The notes under the pieces are model-generated. The model had not been told where the DNA came from, ran no database searches, and was given only the letters and a program-made list of their open reading frames with translations. A program made the translations under genes and the position numbers. Below, one piece after another: positions 21,075 through 31,095 of a DNA stretch of 64,000 nt; position 1 is the first letter of the stretch, and each line of letters begins with the position of its first letter. Source of the DNA: an uncultured Bacilli bacterium (GTDB taxonomy: Bacteria; Bacillota_I; Bacilli_A; RF39; UBA660); NCBI GenBank assembly GCA_944350365.1, contig CALVOU010000001.1, forward strand, positions 14,814 to 78,813. Reading direction: 5' to 3'.

Positions 21075-21707
21075 TTATAATTTTTCTTCAGTCTTGGCAC
21101 AAATCTCTTGATAACGTAAATAACCTTCTTTGGCTTTATTAATTAAATTATTATCACGAAGCATAATTTCCATATGAAGTTTGGTTTCTAATTTACCATA
21201 AAGACGATTTTGTAAATAGTCTTGAATACGTTTCAGTGTAATTTCTTGCTTTTCAGGTACTATATTTTTTTTCACATTACGTTCAAATAAACGCATAGCC
21301 TCTTCTCTGACTGAGCGAAATGCTTTCTCTATAAATGGATCTTTTAACTGTTTCGTTGTCTCTAACACAAAATCATAATATTCTCTCATCATATCTTCAG
21401 TAAACTCTAAATGACTAATTTTTTCTTCTAAAGAAAGTTTTTTCTTCTCTAATTGAACTTCTATTTCACGATAACTATCCATCTTCATTTGATTAATGGT
21501 ATCGGTAACAAAACGATAACGTCCCGTATATTCTCCATCTTCATAAATAGATCGAATATTTTTTATTCCAACATCAAATTCATGATTAAAAATATTAATT
21601 ATCGTTTCTAAAAGAGAAGTAATATTCTTTTCAATATCATATTTTAAACTATTAATGAGGATGTTTCGATTTTTTTCTTTAAACATATTTAAAATATCAT
21701 GATCCAT
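21075..21707 (-). CDS. Hypothetical coiled-coil protein
   Basis: 210 aa with a charged helical composition. It is lineage-specific between spoVT and mfd. Confidence 0.35.
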   Translation of the reverse strand: MDHDILNMFKEKNRNILINSLKYDIEKNITSLLETIINIFNHEFDVGIKNIRSIYEDGEYTGRYRFVTDTINQMKMDSYREIEVQLEKKKLSLEEKISHLEFTEDMMREYYDFVLETTKQLKDPFIEKAFRSVREEAMRLFERNVKKNIVPEKQEITLKRIQDYLQNRLYGKLETKLHMEIMLRDNNLINKAKEGYLRYQEICAKTEEKL

Positions 21708-21795
21708 TTTTCTTCACCCTTATTGTATTCATCATAACAGGTTCTAAAAAAATAGTCAATTCATGACAAAAGAAAAATCGAACAAAAAAATACCC

Positions 21796-22203
21796 TTATA
21801 CTAAAGGATATTTGTTTGCATACATATATAAGCGTTTCTTTTTTTGATAATCGCAAGCTGAATTTTCTGGTAAATGATACATAGAAGCAAAAGTCATCGG
21901 ATAAGCAAGTAAATCCTCGTCTACTAAAGTATCAAAAATAGTTGGATCGATATATATACTAGAAACCATATTAGCTCTAGTTAAATCTTCTTGATTTCTA
22001 AAATGAACTACTTGTTCAGTATCTTTTAATTGTAATAAACAATCTGGTTGTAGAAATATTTTCTTAACATCTAAATGAAGAGATTCAGAATATAAGTAAA
22101 ATTCATCGTTCTCTTGATCTTTCTTTAATTCAAAAATATAAGGAACCATATTAAAATCAAATAAAATCAACAGCGAAGTATCTTTTAAACTATTATTTAA
22201 CAA
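21796..22203 (-). CDS. Hypothetical protein with a TTG start
   Basis: 135 aa. An AAGGAG RBS lies 8 nt upstream of the TTG. No recognised homology. Confidence 0.35.
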   Translation of the reverse strand: MLNNSLKDTSLLILFDFNMVPYIFELKKDQENDEFYLYSESLHLDVKKIFLQPDCLLQLKDTEQVVHFRNQEDLTRANMVSSIYIDPTIFDTLVDEDLLAYPMTFASMYHLPENSACDYQKKKRLYMYANKYPLV

Positions 22204-22414
22204 TGTACTTCTCCTTTCTTTATTATTTTGTGGCTTCCTGCAAATAAAAACACAGAAACCACCGCTAGTGACTCCGTGTTATAAACGTGTAGGTTTCCCC
22301 TGTGCAGCTTTTCATACTTTCCATACTTTTTTCTGAATATGCACACTCACTTGGTAATTAATAATACTACCACAAAGAATCAATTATGTCAACTACCATC
22401 TTAGAAGAAGACAC

Positions 22415-25400
22415 CTACACCATTTTTTTCAATAAATCAATTAAATAATAGATATAATGTTTCTCTAGTTTAATAATATCTAAAATAACAATTAAATGAC
22501 CAGATAATAATTTGAATCGGAACATTGGACTAATCTTGAAACTCTCACGAAAGAGCTTTTCACCGTCAATTTTCTTCGTCATCTCAGCGCTAAATACCAA
22601 TTCAATAGAGTTCCGTGTCTTATTTACTTTCTCTATTTCTAATTTTTTAGCTAATTTTTCAAACCATTCTTCATACATGTAAATTAATACATCTTCATTT
22701 ACTTTACCAAAACGGTCTTCAAGTTCAGTCTTAATTTCTTCTAACTTTTCATAAGAATCTATCTGATTAATCTTACGATGGATTTCAATTTTCAAATTAT
22801 CATCATCCGTATACTGATCAGAAATATGAGTAGAAACATCTAATAATGGTTTATCATTCTTCTCACTAGAAGAATCCTCATCAGCCTCTTCTTCTACTAC
22901 ATTTCCTTTTAAGCGAGCTACCTCTTCATTTAAAATTTTCAAATAAAGATCAATACCTACACTATCAATAAAGCCAGCCTGTTCACTACCTAGAATATCT
23001 CCAGCTCCTCGGATAGAAAGATCTCTCGTTGCGATTGAAAAACCACTACCTAATTCCGTGAAGTCTTGAATAGCATGTAACCTTTTAACCGCAGATTCAG
23101 TTAAAACTTTACTAGGTTGATACATAAGATAAGCATAAGCTATTTTATTACTTCTACCAACTCTACCTCTAATCTGATACAATTGGCTAAGTCCAAATCG
23201 ATCAGCATCTAAAATGATTAGAGTATTGACATTAGGAATATCAATTCCCGTTTCAATAATTGTGGTGCATAAAAGAATATCATACTCTTGGTTAATAAAA
23301 TCAAGCATTCTAGACTCCAACTCTTCTTTAGAAAGTTGGCCATGAGCACAAACAATTCGTGCTTCAGGAACTAGTTTTTGAATTTCATAAGCCTTTTCTT
23401 CGATGGATTCTACGCGATTATAAAGAAGAAAAATCTGACCATCACGAGATAATTCTTTATAAATCGCATCCTGAATAATCTGCTTACTCTCTTCAATCAC
23501 ATAAGTTTGAATAGGATAGCGGTCAACAGGAGGAGTTTCAATCAAAGAAAGACTTCTAATCCCTATCATCGACATTTGTAATGTTCTAGGAATAGGTGTT
23601 GCAGTAAGCGTTAATACATCAATATTACTTTTATATTCCTTTATTTTTTCCTTATGAGTAACCCCAAAACGTTGTTCCTCATCAATAATCAATAAACCTA
23701 AATCTTTAGGTTGAATATCATGACTAAGTAATCGATGAGTACCAAATACAACATCTATCGTACCATTTTTTAACCCAGCTAATATTTCACTTCTCTCTTT
23801 AGTCGTCGTAAAACGATTAAGTAAAGCAATATTAACTGGAAAACCATGAAATCTTTTTAATGCATTCTGATATTGTTGATTAGAAAGAATCGTTGTCGGG
23901 CAAAGATATAAAACTTGTTTTGAATCCATTACTGCTTTAAAAATAGCACGAAAAGCCACTTCTGTTTTTCCATATCCAACATCTCCACATAGCAAACGGT
24001 CCATTGGATGATTAGATTCCATATCCTGTTTGATCTGTTCTATAGCGAGTAACTGATCCTTAGTTTCTACATATTCAAAAGCTTCTTCAAATTTTACTTG
24101 TAGATCAGTATCGGGATGAAAAGCATATCCTTGCTTCATTTCCCGAAGAGCATATAACTTAATTAATTGATCTGCGATATCATGAACTTTATTTCTAACT
24201 CGATTTTTAATTCGATTCCAATCTGAACCGCCTAATTTATTAACCTTAGGAGCAACGCCTTCTTTTCCAGAATACTTACTAATCAAGTCAATTTTCTCAA
24301 CTGGAATATAAAGCTTATCACTACCGGCATATAATACCTCAATATAATCTTTCATTAAATCGCCCATTTTTAAGGTACGAATCCCATGATAAATACCAAT
24401 ACCATGCGTATGATGAACGACATAATCACCAATCGATAACTTATTAATATCTTTAATCTTAGAGGCATACTTGAAATGTGTCTTATATTTTTTCTTTGAA
24501 GTGGTAGCTATAAATAAATCTTGATCAGATAAGACAACATAACTAGCGTAAGTAAACCCTTTACCAATCGTTTTAACAATAATATTAACCTTATCTGGAA
24601 AAATATTCTCTTCATCTGTTAGCACATAAGGAACAGTCAACTCTTTAACAAAGTTTTTAATTTGAAAATCTTTTAAACAAAGAACAACAGTTTTATTCAA
24701 ATACAACTGTTCTTTAAGAAAAGCATTGATTGCCTCAATATTTTCACGGAAAGGAGTCACTTCTTTACTATCAAAATAATGAATCTTAATCGAATGATCC
24801 TCTAAAAGATTATCGACTGTTAGATAATGAATCAAATGTTTAGGCGCTAGGGAATCAAGAGAAAACATATATTCATCATGAAAAGATTGATCTTTTTCTG
24901 TTCGGTATTGAAAACACTCTCTTTCAATCATCTCATAACTTTTTCTAAGTTGTGGATAATCCTTATAAATAGTAATCGGTTGATGAAGATAAGAAAGAAT
25001 AGAAACTACTTTACTTGAATACTGTTTTAAATACTTCTGTTTAAAGATAGTATCTTCAGAATAAGATTCTAATAAAAAATCCGTATAAGGATAAAGCTGA
25101 CAAGAAGAGATGGATTCAATCGACTTTTGAGTTTCTTCATCAAAGTAACGAATAGAATCAATCATATCACCAAAGAATTCTAAACGAATAGGATGATTCT
25201 CTCCCAAAGGAAAAACATCGATAACAAAACCACGAACAGCAAATTCCCCAGTTCTAGTTACAATTGACTCACGATGATATCCCATATTGGCTAATCGACT
25301 AGCTAACTCACGAGGTTCAATCTCTAAATTTGGTTTTAAAGATAAAATATGTGACTGATAAACTTCTACAGTTGGTAAATAGCGTAGATATCCCATTAAA

Positions 25401-25735
25401 TTGGTAACAACAACACTTGGTTTAGCGTCTTCAAGTAAACTATTTATTGTCTCTAATCTAGTAACCATCAAATCAGGACTAACAGCAATAGCCTCACTCG
25501 TTAAGAAATCATCCATTGGGAAAAGAAAAGTTCGCTCATAATAATTACTAATTACATTATACAATTGATTAGCCTCATACAAAGAGGAAGCAACTACTAA
25601 AATAGAATTTTCTTTTTTCTGATAAATCAAATCATTAACATAAACACCAAAAAGCTCATCTGTTAATCCAGATAAGCCAATCCGATCGATCTCTGACAAA
25701 TTGATGATAGAATCAAAAAAGCGCAAAGTAATCAC
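22415..25735 (-). CDS. mfd: Transcription-repair coupling factor
   Basis: 1106 aa. It has a UvrB-homology N-terminus, an RNAP-interacting domain, a superfamily-2 helicase core with GYGKT Walker A and DEEQRFG, and the TRG motif. It is adjacent to pth as in Bacillus. Confidence 0.95.
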   Translation of the reverse strand: MITLRFFDSIINLSEIDRIGLSGLTDELFGVYVNDLIYQKKENSILVVASSLYEANQLYNVISNYYERTFLFPMDDFLTSEAIAVSPDLMVTRLETINSLLEDAKPSVVVTNLMGYLRYLPTVEVYQSHILSLKPNLEIEPRELASRLANMGYHRESIVTRTGEFAVRGFVIDVFPLGENHPIRLEFFGDMIDSIRYFDEETQKSIESISSCQLYPYTDFLLESYSEDTIFKQKYLKQYSSKVVSILSYLHQPITIYKDYPQLRKSYEMIERECFQYRTEKDQSFHDEYMFSLDSLAPKHLIHYLTVDNLLEDHSIKIHYFDSKEVTPFRENIEAINAFLKEQLYLNKTVVLCLKDFQIKNFVKELTVPYVLTDEENIFPDKVNIIVKTIGKGFTYASYVVLSDQDLFIATTSKKKYKTHFKYASKIKDINKLSIGDYVVHHTHGIGIYHGIRTLKMGDLMKDYIEVLYAGSDKLYIPVEKIDLISKYSGKEGVAPKVNKLGGSDWNRIKNRVRNKVHDIADQLIKLYALREMKQGYAFHPDTDLQVKFEEAFEYVETKDQLLAIEQIKQDMESNHPMDRLLCGDVGYGKTEVAFRAIFKAVMDSKQVLYLCPTTILSNQQYQNALKRFHGFPVNIALLNRFTTTKERSEILAGLKNGTIDVVFGTHRLLSHDIQPKDLGLLIIDEEQRFGVTHKEKIKEYKSNIDVLTLTATPIPRTLQMSMIGIRSLSLIETPPVDRYPIQTYVIEESKQIIQDAIYKELSRDGQIFLLYNRVESIEEKAYEIQKLVPEARIVCAHGQLSKEELESRMLDFINQEYDILLCTTIIETGIDIPNVNTLIILDADRFGLSQLYQIRGRVGRSNKIAYAYLMYQPSKVLTESAVKRLHAIQDFTELGSGFSIATRDLSIRGAGDILGSEQAGFIDSVGIDLYLKILNEEVARLKGNVVEEEADEDSSSEKNDKPLLDVSTHISDQYTDDDNLKIEIHRKINQIDSYEKLEEIKTELEDRFGKVNEDVLIYMYEEWFEKLAKKLEIEKVNKTRNSIELVFSAEMTKKIDGEKLFRESFKISPMFRFKLLSGHLIVILDIIKLEKHYIYYLIDLLKKMV

Positions 25736-26305
25736 CTATTTCTTATTTTTCACATTATATTTAGACATTAACGAATCAAATGGTAAAACAAAGTAATCAT
25801 CTAAAACCAACATAACAGTATCAATCACGGATTCCAAAGTCTGATTATCTTCCTTTGATAATCGTCCTAAAACATAGTCTTTAGTATCTATAGATTTATC
25901 ATTAGAAATACCAATTTTAATTCGTTTGTATTCTTGCGTTTTTAAATGTAACTCAATATTTTTTAAACCATTATGACCAGCTGATGAACCTTTTTTCTTA
26001 ATTCGAAAATTCCCTAGTGGTAAATCTAAATCATCATGAATAATTAAAATATCGTCGATAGAAATATCAAAAAAATCCACGTAACGTCGAATAACTTCTC
26101 CACTTAAATTAATATAAGATTGAGGTTTCAGTAAAATTACTTTCTCCCCATGAATAAAACATTCACCATATAAACCAGAAAATTTCGATTTACTAACGGA
26201 ACAACCAACCTTTTTTGCGAAAGTATCTAAAGTCATAAATCCAACATTATGACGAGTATGTTCATACTCTTTACCAGGATTACCTAATCCAACAATTAGT
26301 TTCAT
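25736..26305 (-). CDS. pth: Peptidyl-tRNA hydrolase
   Basis: 189 aa with the N-terminal GLGNPG motif and a catalytic His (HNVGF). Confidence 0.9.
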   Translation of the reverse strand: MKLIVGLGNPGKEYEHTRHNVGFMTLDTFAKKVGCSVSKSKFSGLYGECFIHGEKVILLKPQSYINLSGEVIRRYVDFFDISIDDILIIHDDLDLPLGNFRIKKKGSSAGHNGLKNIELHLKTQEYKRIKIGISNDKSIDTKDYVLGRLSKEDNQTLESVIDTVMLVLDDYFVLPFDSLMSKYNVKNKK

Positions 26306-26354
26306 CTTGAATCACCCCTACCTACTTCTTTTTTCGTAAAAACAAGCAAAAATT

Positions 26355-26368
26355 ATTTCCCGGGAAAT
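26355..26368. promoter_or_regulatory. Isolated Noc-binding-site palindrome ATTTCCCGGGAAAT, about 50 bp upstream of the pth start
   Basis: A perfect 14-bp NBS consensus, extended to an 18-bp palindrome TTATTTCCCGGGAAATAA. It sits in the rsmI-pth intergenic region. Confidence 0.5.
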
Positions 26369-26385
26369 AATTTTCAAACATAAAT

Positions 26386-27228
26386 CTACTTTTGAATATG
26401 ATATTCTCGGTAAACAACAGATTTAGGTAAATCACGTTCAAGTGCAACTTTTTTTATTGCTTCTTTCTCTGTAAGTCCATCTTCTATATATAGATTCACA
26501 TGTTCTAATATAGATAACATCGAAAAATCCTCTTGTTCATGATTACCGTCTACCACTAGAACCATCTCACCTTTTAAATCAGAAACAATAGTTGAAACTT
26601 CTGTAATCGAACCACGAATAATCTCTTCATATTTTTTACTAATCTCACGACACAAAGCCACTTTTCTATCTCCTAATATTTCAAGTAAAGACTGAAGAGT
26701 ATCTTCTATCCGATGAGGAGATTCATAAAAAATCATCGTACAAGGATAACTCTTTAAAGCATTTAATTCTTGATCTCTTTTTCCTTTTTTACTATTTAAA
26801 AAGCCATAAAATAAGAACGGAGCCGGAGATAATCCAGACATCGTAAGAGCTGGAACAAAAGCCGTCGCACCAGGCAAACTAACAACAGGAAAATCCGATT
26901 CAATCACATAACGACTAACACGATAACCAGGATCACTAATAATAGGAGTTCCCCTATCAGTAACTAAGCCAATTACCGCCTTATCTTTTAGACGTTCTAC
27001 CACCATCTGTTTCACTTGTTCTTCATTATGATCATCACAGTGAATTAGTTTTTTCTTTATATGTAAATAATTTAATAACTCCCTAGTTACTCTAGTATCT
27101 TCACAAAGAATGAAATCAACTTGTTCTAATAAGTGAACTGCTCGTAAAGTAATATCTTCCATATTTCCAATTGGAGTAGGAATTAAATACAAAATAGATT
27201 CTTCTTGAGCATAACTTTTCTGTCTCAT
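26386..27228 (-). CDS. rsmI: 16S rRNA (cytidine1402-2'-O)-methyltransferase
   Basis: 280 aa tetrapyrrole-methylase-fold protein with the N-terminal LYLIPTPIGN motif. Confidence 0.85.
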   Translation of the reverse strand: MRQKSYAQEESILYLIPTPIGNMEDITLRAVHLLEQVDFILCEDTRVTRELLNYLHIKKKLIHCDDHNEEQVKQMVVERLKDKAVIGLVTDRGTPIISDPGYRVSRYVIESDFPVVSLPGATAFVPALTMSGLSPAPFLFYGFLNSKKGKRDQELNALKSYPCTMIFYESPHRIEDTLQSLLEILGDRKVALCREISKKYEEIIRGSITEVSTIVSDLKGEMVLVVDGNHEQEDFSMLSILEHVNLYIEDGLTEKEAIKKVALERDLPKSVVYREYHIQK

Positions 27229-27238
27229 TATATTCCTC

Positions 27239-27568
27239 TTATTTTAGGCATTTTAATTCCTTAACTAACCCACGTTTACGAGCATAAGGATATAAATTAA
27301 AATCAAATAAATGAGAATTTTTTCTTTGTTCGCTAGTTAAATTACCATGATAAGCATTTCGTAATTGTTTAAGATATTCATCATGTAGGCCATCATATAC
27401 AATATGATGCTCAGATGGTAATGTCTTTTTTAAATGGTACAGAACTGACACAGTATCCTTAGAACTTAATCCAAAAAAAGCTTCTGTCACTTGTACTTTA
27501 CCAGCCATACATGGAAAAGCATACTCCCTAATTAATTGTTTTTCTTCATTTCGATTCATTATTTTCAC
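27239..27568 (-). CDS. Hypothetical protein. It occupies the yazA position but has no GIY-YIG motif.
   Basis: 109 aa ORF between yabB-like and rsmI. No recognised motifs. Confidence 0.3.
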   Translation of the reverse strand: MKIMNRNEEKQLIREYAFPCMAGKVQVTEAFFGLSSKDTVSVLYHLKKTLPSEHHIVYDGLHDEYLKQLRNAYHGNLTSEQRKNSHLFDFNLYPYARKRGLVKELKCLK

Positions 27569-28289
27569 TCTCCTTAAACATATTTAATACTTCATCAGTA
27601 TAACTTCCATCTGAATGATGTACATATAATGGCGGTAATATTTTTAATCCTGTTCTTCCATTTTTACGAAACTCAATTAATACCAAATTAGAATCCGTAT
27701 TTTCTTTTGGATAGACCAAACGAAGTCTCTTAACTTCTAAATGATACTGATTAGCTAAATGAATAATTTCGATTAAACGATCAGTTCTGTGAACCATTCC
27801 TAGTACACCCTGATTCTTTAAAAGATAAAAACATAAAGAAAAAATATCTTCCAACGTAATACACTTTTCATGACGAGCAATTACTTTATGTTCATCATCA
27901 TTCAAATGACTACTTTCCTGATACTTAAAATATGGTGGATTACAAGTAATGACATCAAAAGTATCAGGACCATAGATTTCTCTTAATTTTTTCATGTCTA
28001 AATGAAGTAACTCTATTCTATCACGTAAATGATTATAATCAATATTTTTCTTCGCTAATTGATATAAATCTTCTTGAATTTCAACCGCAACAATTTTAGC
28101 CTTTGTTTTTAAAGATAGAATCATCGGAATAGGCGCATTACCTGTCCCTAAATCTAAAACTCGTTCGATATTATGATTCAAAGTAACAAAATTAGGTAAC
28201 AATACAGAATCTAAGGAAAAGGAAAACCAATCCGTATTTTGAAAAATTTTTAAATTCTGAAATCCAACTAAGTCGTGTAATACTTCCAT
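27546..28289 (-). CDS. tRNA (adenine37-N6)-methyltransferase-like, YabB/TrmN6 family
   Basis: 247 aa. It has SAM motif I (LDLGTGNA) and the N6-adenine MTase NPPY motif (TCNPPYF). Confidence 0.6.
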   Translation of the reverse strand: MEVLHDLVGFQNLKIFQNTDWFSFSLDSVLLPNFVTLNHNIERVLDLGTGNAPIPMILSLKTKAKIVAVEIQEDLYQLAKKNIDYNHLRDRIELLHLDMKKLREIYGPDTFDVITCNPPYFKYQESSHLNDDEHKVIARHEKCITLEDIFSLCFYLLKNQGVLGMVHRTDRLIEIIHLANQYHLEVKRLRLVYPKENTDSNLVLIEFRKNGRTGLKILPPLYVHHSDGSYTDEVLNMFKESENNESK

Positions 28290-28290
28290 G

Positions 28291-29085
28291 TTATTTTACC
28301 TCTACCTCTACTTGACTATGATTCTTTTGTTCAACAGTAATCGTCCGTTTCCAAACATTAACGCCAACAACTTTACCTTTTACTTCTTCATTTTCGTAGG
28401 ATTCACCAATTTTAGGCAATCCTTCTTTCATTTCTGAATAAAGTTGATCTTCATAATTTAAACAACACATCAACCGGCCACAAACTCCATTTATTTTACT
28501 AGGATTTAGGGCTAACATCTGATTTTTCGCCATATTAATTGATACACTGTTAAAATCTGTTAGAAAAGTACTACAACACAAAAAGCGCCCACAAGGTCCT
28601 AAACCACCAATTTCTTTAGCCTTATCACGAACGCCAATTTGTCTTAATTCAATTCTAGTTTTATAAATTTGGGCTAACTTCTTAGCTAATTCACGAAAAT
28701 CAACACGATCATCAGCCAAAAAGTTAAATAATAATTGATTCCGATCAAATGTAAAATTAGCATCAATTATGCGCATCGGTAATTGAAGACGACTAACTAA
28801 TCTCTTGGCGTCCTCTAAAGCCTTCTCAGCATCTTTAATATTCTTGGCATGCTTCTTCTTGTCTTCTTCCGTTGCTATTCTAAGGATTTTTTTCAAAGAA
28901 AACCCTAGATCCTGTTCTTCAACTTCCCTAAAATACGAAATCATCCCATATTGTAAGCCCTTCTCAGTCTCGACAATTACCTCATCTCCAACTAAAGGCT
29001 CAATATCTTCAACTAAAAATAAATAAACTTTACTATTCTTTTTAAAAGATACACCTGCTACTTTATACATGACTATATTCACCAC
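28291..29085 (-). CDS. ricT: PSP1-domain protein RicT/YaaT
   Basis: 264 aa. It has the N-terminal YaaT pattern and a Cys-rich PSP1 C-terminal domain (GPCGRFLCC...GVCGRLMCC). It sits between holB and yabB as in Bacillus. Confidence 0.7.
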   Translation of the reverse strand: MVNIVMYKVAGVSFKKNSKVYLFLVEDIEPLVGDEVIVETEKGLQYGMISYFREVEEQDLGFSLKKILRIATEEDKKKHAKNIKDAEKALEDAKRLVSRLQLPMRIIDANFTFDRNQLLFNFLADDRVDFRELAKKLAQIYKTRIELRQIGVRDKAKEIGGLGPCGRFLCCSTFLTDFNSVSINMAKNQMLALNPSKINGVCGRLMCCLNYEDQLYSEMKEGLPKIGESYENEEVKGKVVGVNVWKRTITVEQKNHSQVEVEVK

Positions 29086-29950
29086 CAGAAAAATCTATAA
29101 TAAACGAATCAAGCATCAGAGAAACATTTAAATTAAACGTTAACTTTTGAATATAAGAATGAATCACTTCTAGCTTTCGTAAACAATCTTTAGTCGTATT
29201 ATACTTTAATACTTGATCTACTAACTTAGAAAAAGGACTAGAAAAATCGGTTAATACACTTTTTCTTAATGCCTGCTCATAAATTACCGCCAATTGCTCA
29301 AAAATAGCACTCCATTCATCTTTTGACCAATATTCATTAGCAAGAAGACTAGGAATAAAAGCAATTGCTGCCTCTTTCTTTGTTTCAATTACGTTGATAA
29401 ACTCAGAAAGAAAATCTTCATTTTCCATATTTACAGGAACAAGTTGTTCTCCTGATAAAGAAAGTAACTGACAACGACTTTGCAATGTTTCTAGAACCTG
29501 ATAACGGTTACGACAAACTAAAATTCCAATTAATTGATTATCTGGTTCCTCTAAAAATTTTAGTAAGGCATTAGCCGCCTGTTTATTCAGCTTGTCCGCT
29601 TCTTTAATTATATATATTCTAACATTATTTTCTAATGATGTCGTCATAAATTTATCCTTAATCTCTTGAACTTGCTCTTTCTTTATCCAAGAGCCATCAG
29701 GAGAAATAACCATAATATCACTATTCGTAGATAAATCGATTAAATGACAGCGGTTACAATCTCCACAATTTGAGGAATTAGTATAATGGTAAGGACAATA
29801 CAAAAATTTAGCAAAAGCTAAAACAAGATTATCGGAATCCAAATAATCTTTTGTTTCAATTAAATAGGCATGACTAAATTTCTGATGAAGACCAAACTGA
29901 ATAACTTCATGATAAAAATTTTCTTGAGAAAGTTTAAAATCTTCTAACAT
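29063..29950 (-). CDS. holB: DNA polymerase III delta-prime subunit
   Basis: 295 aa. It has an AAA+-like fold, a Cys cluster (CGDCNRCHLID) and a conserved position downstream of recR/bofA. The sequence itself is divergent. Confidence 0.6.
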   Translation of the reverse strand: MLEDFKLSQENFYHEVIQFGLHQKFSHAYLIETKDYLDSDNLVLAFAKFLYCPYHYTNSSNCGDCNRCHLIDLSTNSDIMVISPDGSWIKKEQVQEIKDKFMTTSLENNVRIYIIKEADKLNKQAANALLKFLEEPDNQLIGILVCRNRYQVLETLQSRCQLLSLSGEQLVPVNMENEDFLSEFINVIETKKEAAIAFIPSLLANEYWSKDEWSAIFEQLAVIYEQALRKSVLTDFSSPFSKLVDQVLKYNTTKDCLRKLEVIHSYIQKLTFNLNVSLMLDSFIIDFSGGEYSHV

Positions 29951-29963
29951 AAGTCCCCTCCTC

Positions 29964-30149
29964 TCAATAAACTAATACAAATAATAAAACTAAAGAAAAA
30001 AGAGCAGGAAAGCCAAGAAAAGAAACTAAAGAAATCGTAATTACATTAATAGGAATAATAATGTTAAAATCACTCGCTATCATATTAAAACCATATAAAA
30101 TAAAGAAACTAAAGATTACCTTACGCAATAAAGATAATAATTTTTTCAT
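29964..30149 (-). CDS. bofA: BofA-like inhibitor of pro-sigma-K processing
   Basis: 61 aa, 2-TM protein. Its C-terminal half aligns with B. subtilis BofA (NM..S...I.IPINV.T...S..LG.P). It sits between recR and holB as in Bacillus. Confidence 0.5.
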   Translation of the reverse strand: MKKLLSLLRKVIFSFFILYGFNMIASDFNIIIPINVITISLVSFLGFPALFSLVLLFVLVY

Positions 30150-30188
30150 ATTCTATCACCTAATAAAAATTATGGTGCTAGAAAAAAT

Positions 30189-30785
30189 TTATTCTACATT
30201 TTTACGATCTCTAAGTGCCCTCTCTAAGGTCATAGCATCTATATATTCCATGTCTGCCCCAATTGGAACTCCACTAGCAATTTTTGATATTCTAATATCT
30301 AAATCACCCAATATTCTCTTAATATATAAAGCCGTAGTTTCCCCCTCTATACTCGGACGAAATGCCAAAATAATTTCTTTTGGTTGAACTTCTCTAACCC
30401 TGTCGACTAATTTCTCTAATTCTATATCTTCTGGGTTAATTCCCATAGCGGGAGAAATTAAACCTTTTAATACGTGATATTTACCTTTAAATAATCCTAA
30501 ACTTTCAAATAGAAAAACAGAACGTGGATCTTCTACTACACATAATATCGTATTATCACGCAGTTCATTCGAACATATGTTACATACTTCGGAATCTGTA
30601 AATGAATTACAAATTGAACAAAGATGAATATTTTTTTTCACATTTTCAATACTAGAAGACAATAATTCAACTCGTTCATCTGACATATTCATAACAGAAA
30701 AAGCCATTCTCTCGGCTGTTTTCCTACCAATTCCCGGAAAGAATTGTAAAGATTCGATCAGATTTTCTAAATCCGCAGGATACAT
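30189..30785 (-). CDS. recR: Recombination protein RecR
   Basis: 198 aa with the HhH motif (FPGIGRKTAERMAF), a C4 zinc finger and a Toprim domain. Confidence 0.9.
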   Translation of the reverse strand: MYPADLENLIESLQFFPGIGRKTAERMAFSVMNMSDERVELLSSSIENVKKNIHLCSICNSFTDSEVCNICSNELRDNTILCVVEDPRSVFLFESLGLFKGKYHVLKGLISPAMGINPEDIELEKLVDRVREVQPKEIILAFRPSIEGETTALYIKRILGDLDIRISKIASGVPIGADMEYIDAMTLERALRDRKNVE

Positions 30786-30787
30786 GA

Positions 30788-31090
30788 CTAAAATACACCC
30801 GGTAATGCGTTAGCATAACGTCCAAGTTTCTGTTCCATCATCTTATCTACTTTTTTAAATGCATCGTTAATTGCGATCATCACCATATCAGCAAGCATCT
30901 CTTTATCAATATCAGATAACTCTTCTTCAATAGTAATCTTTATAATTTCTTTTGTTCCTTTTACCTCTACTTTAACAAAAGAACTTTCACCAGTAAAAGT
31001 AGTTTTATCTACCTCATCCTTTGCTTTCATCATATCTTTTTGCATTGCTTGTGCTTGTTTCATAATTGCTTGTAAATTCATATAACTCAT
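30788..31090 (-). CDS. ebfC: Nucleoid-associated protein YbaB/EbfC
   Basis: 100 aa. It has the YbaB family pattern and lies between dnaX and recR. Confidence 0.85.
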   Translation of the reverse strand: MSYMNLQAIMKQAQAMQKDMMKAKDEVDKTTFTGESSFVKVEVKGTKEIIKITIEEELSDIDKEMLADMVMIAINDAFKKVDKMMEQKLGRYANALPGVF

Positions 31091-31095
31091 CCTTT

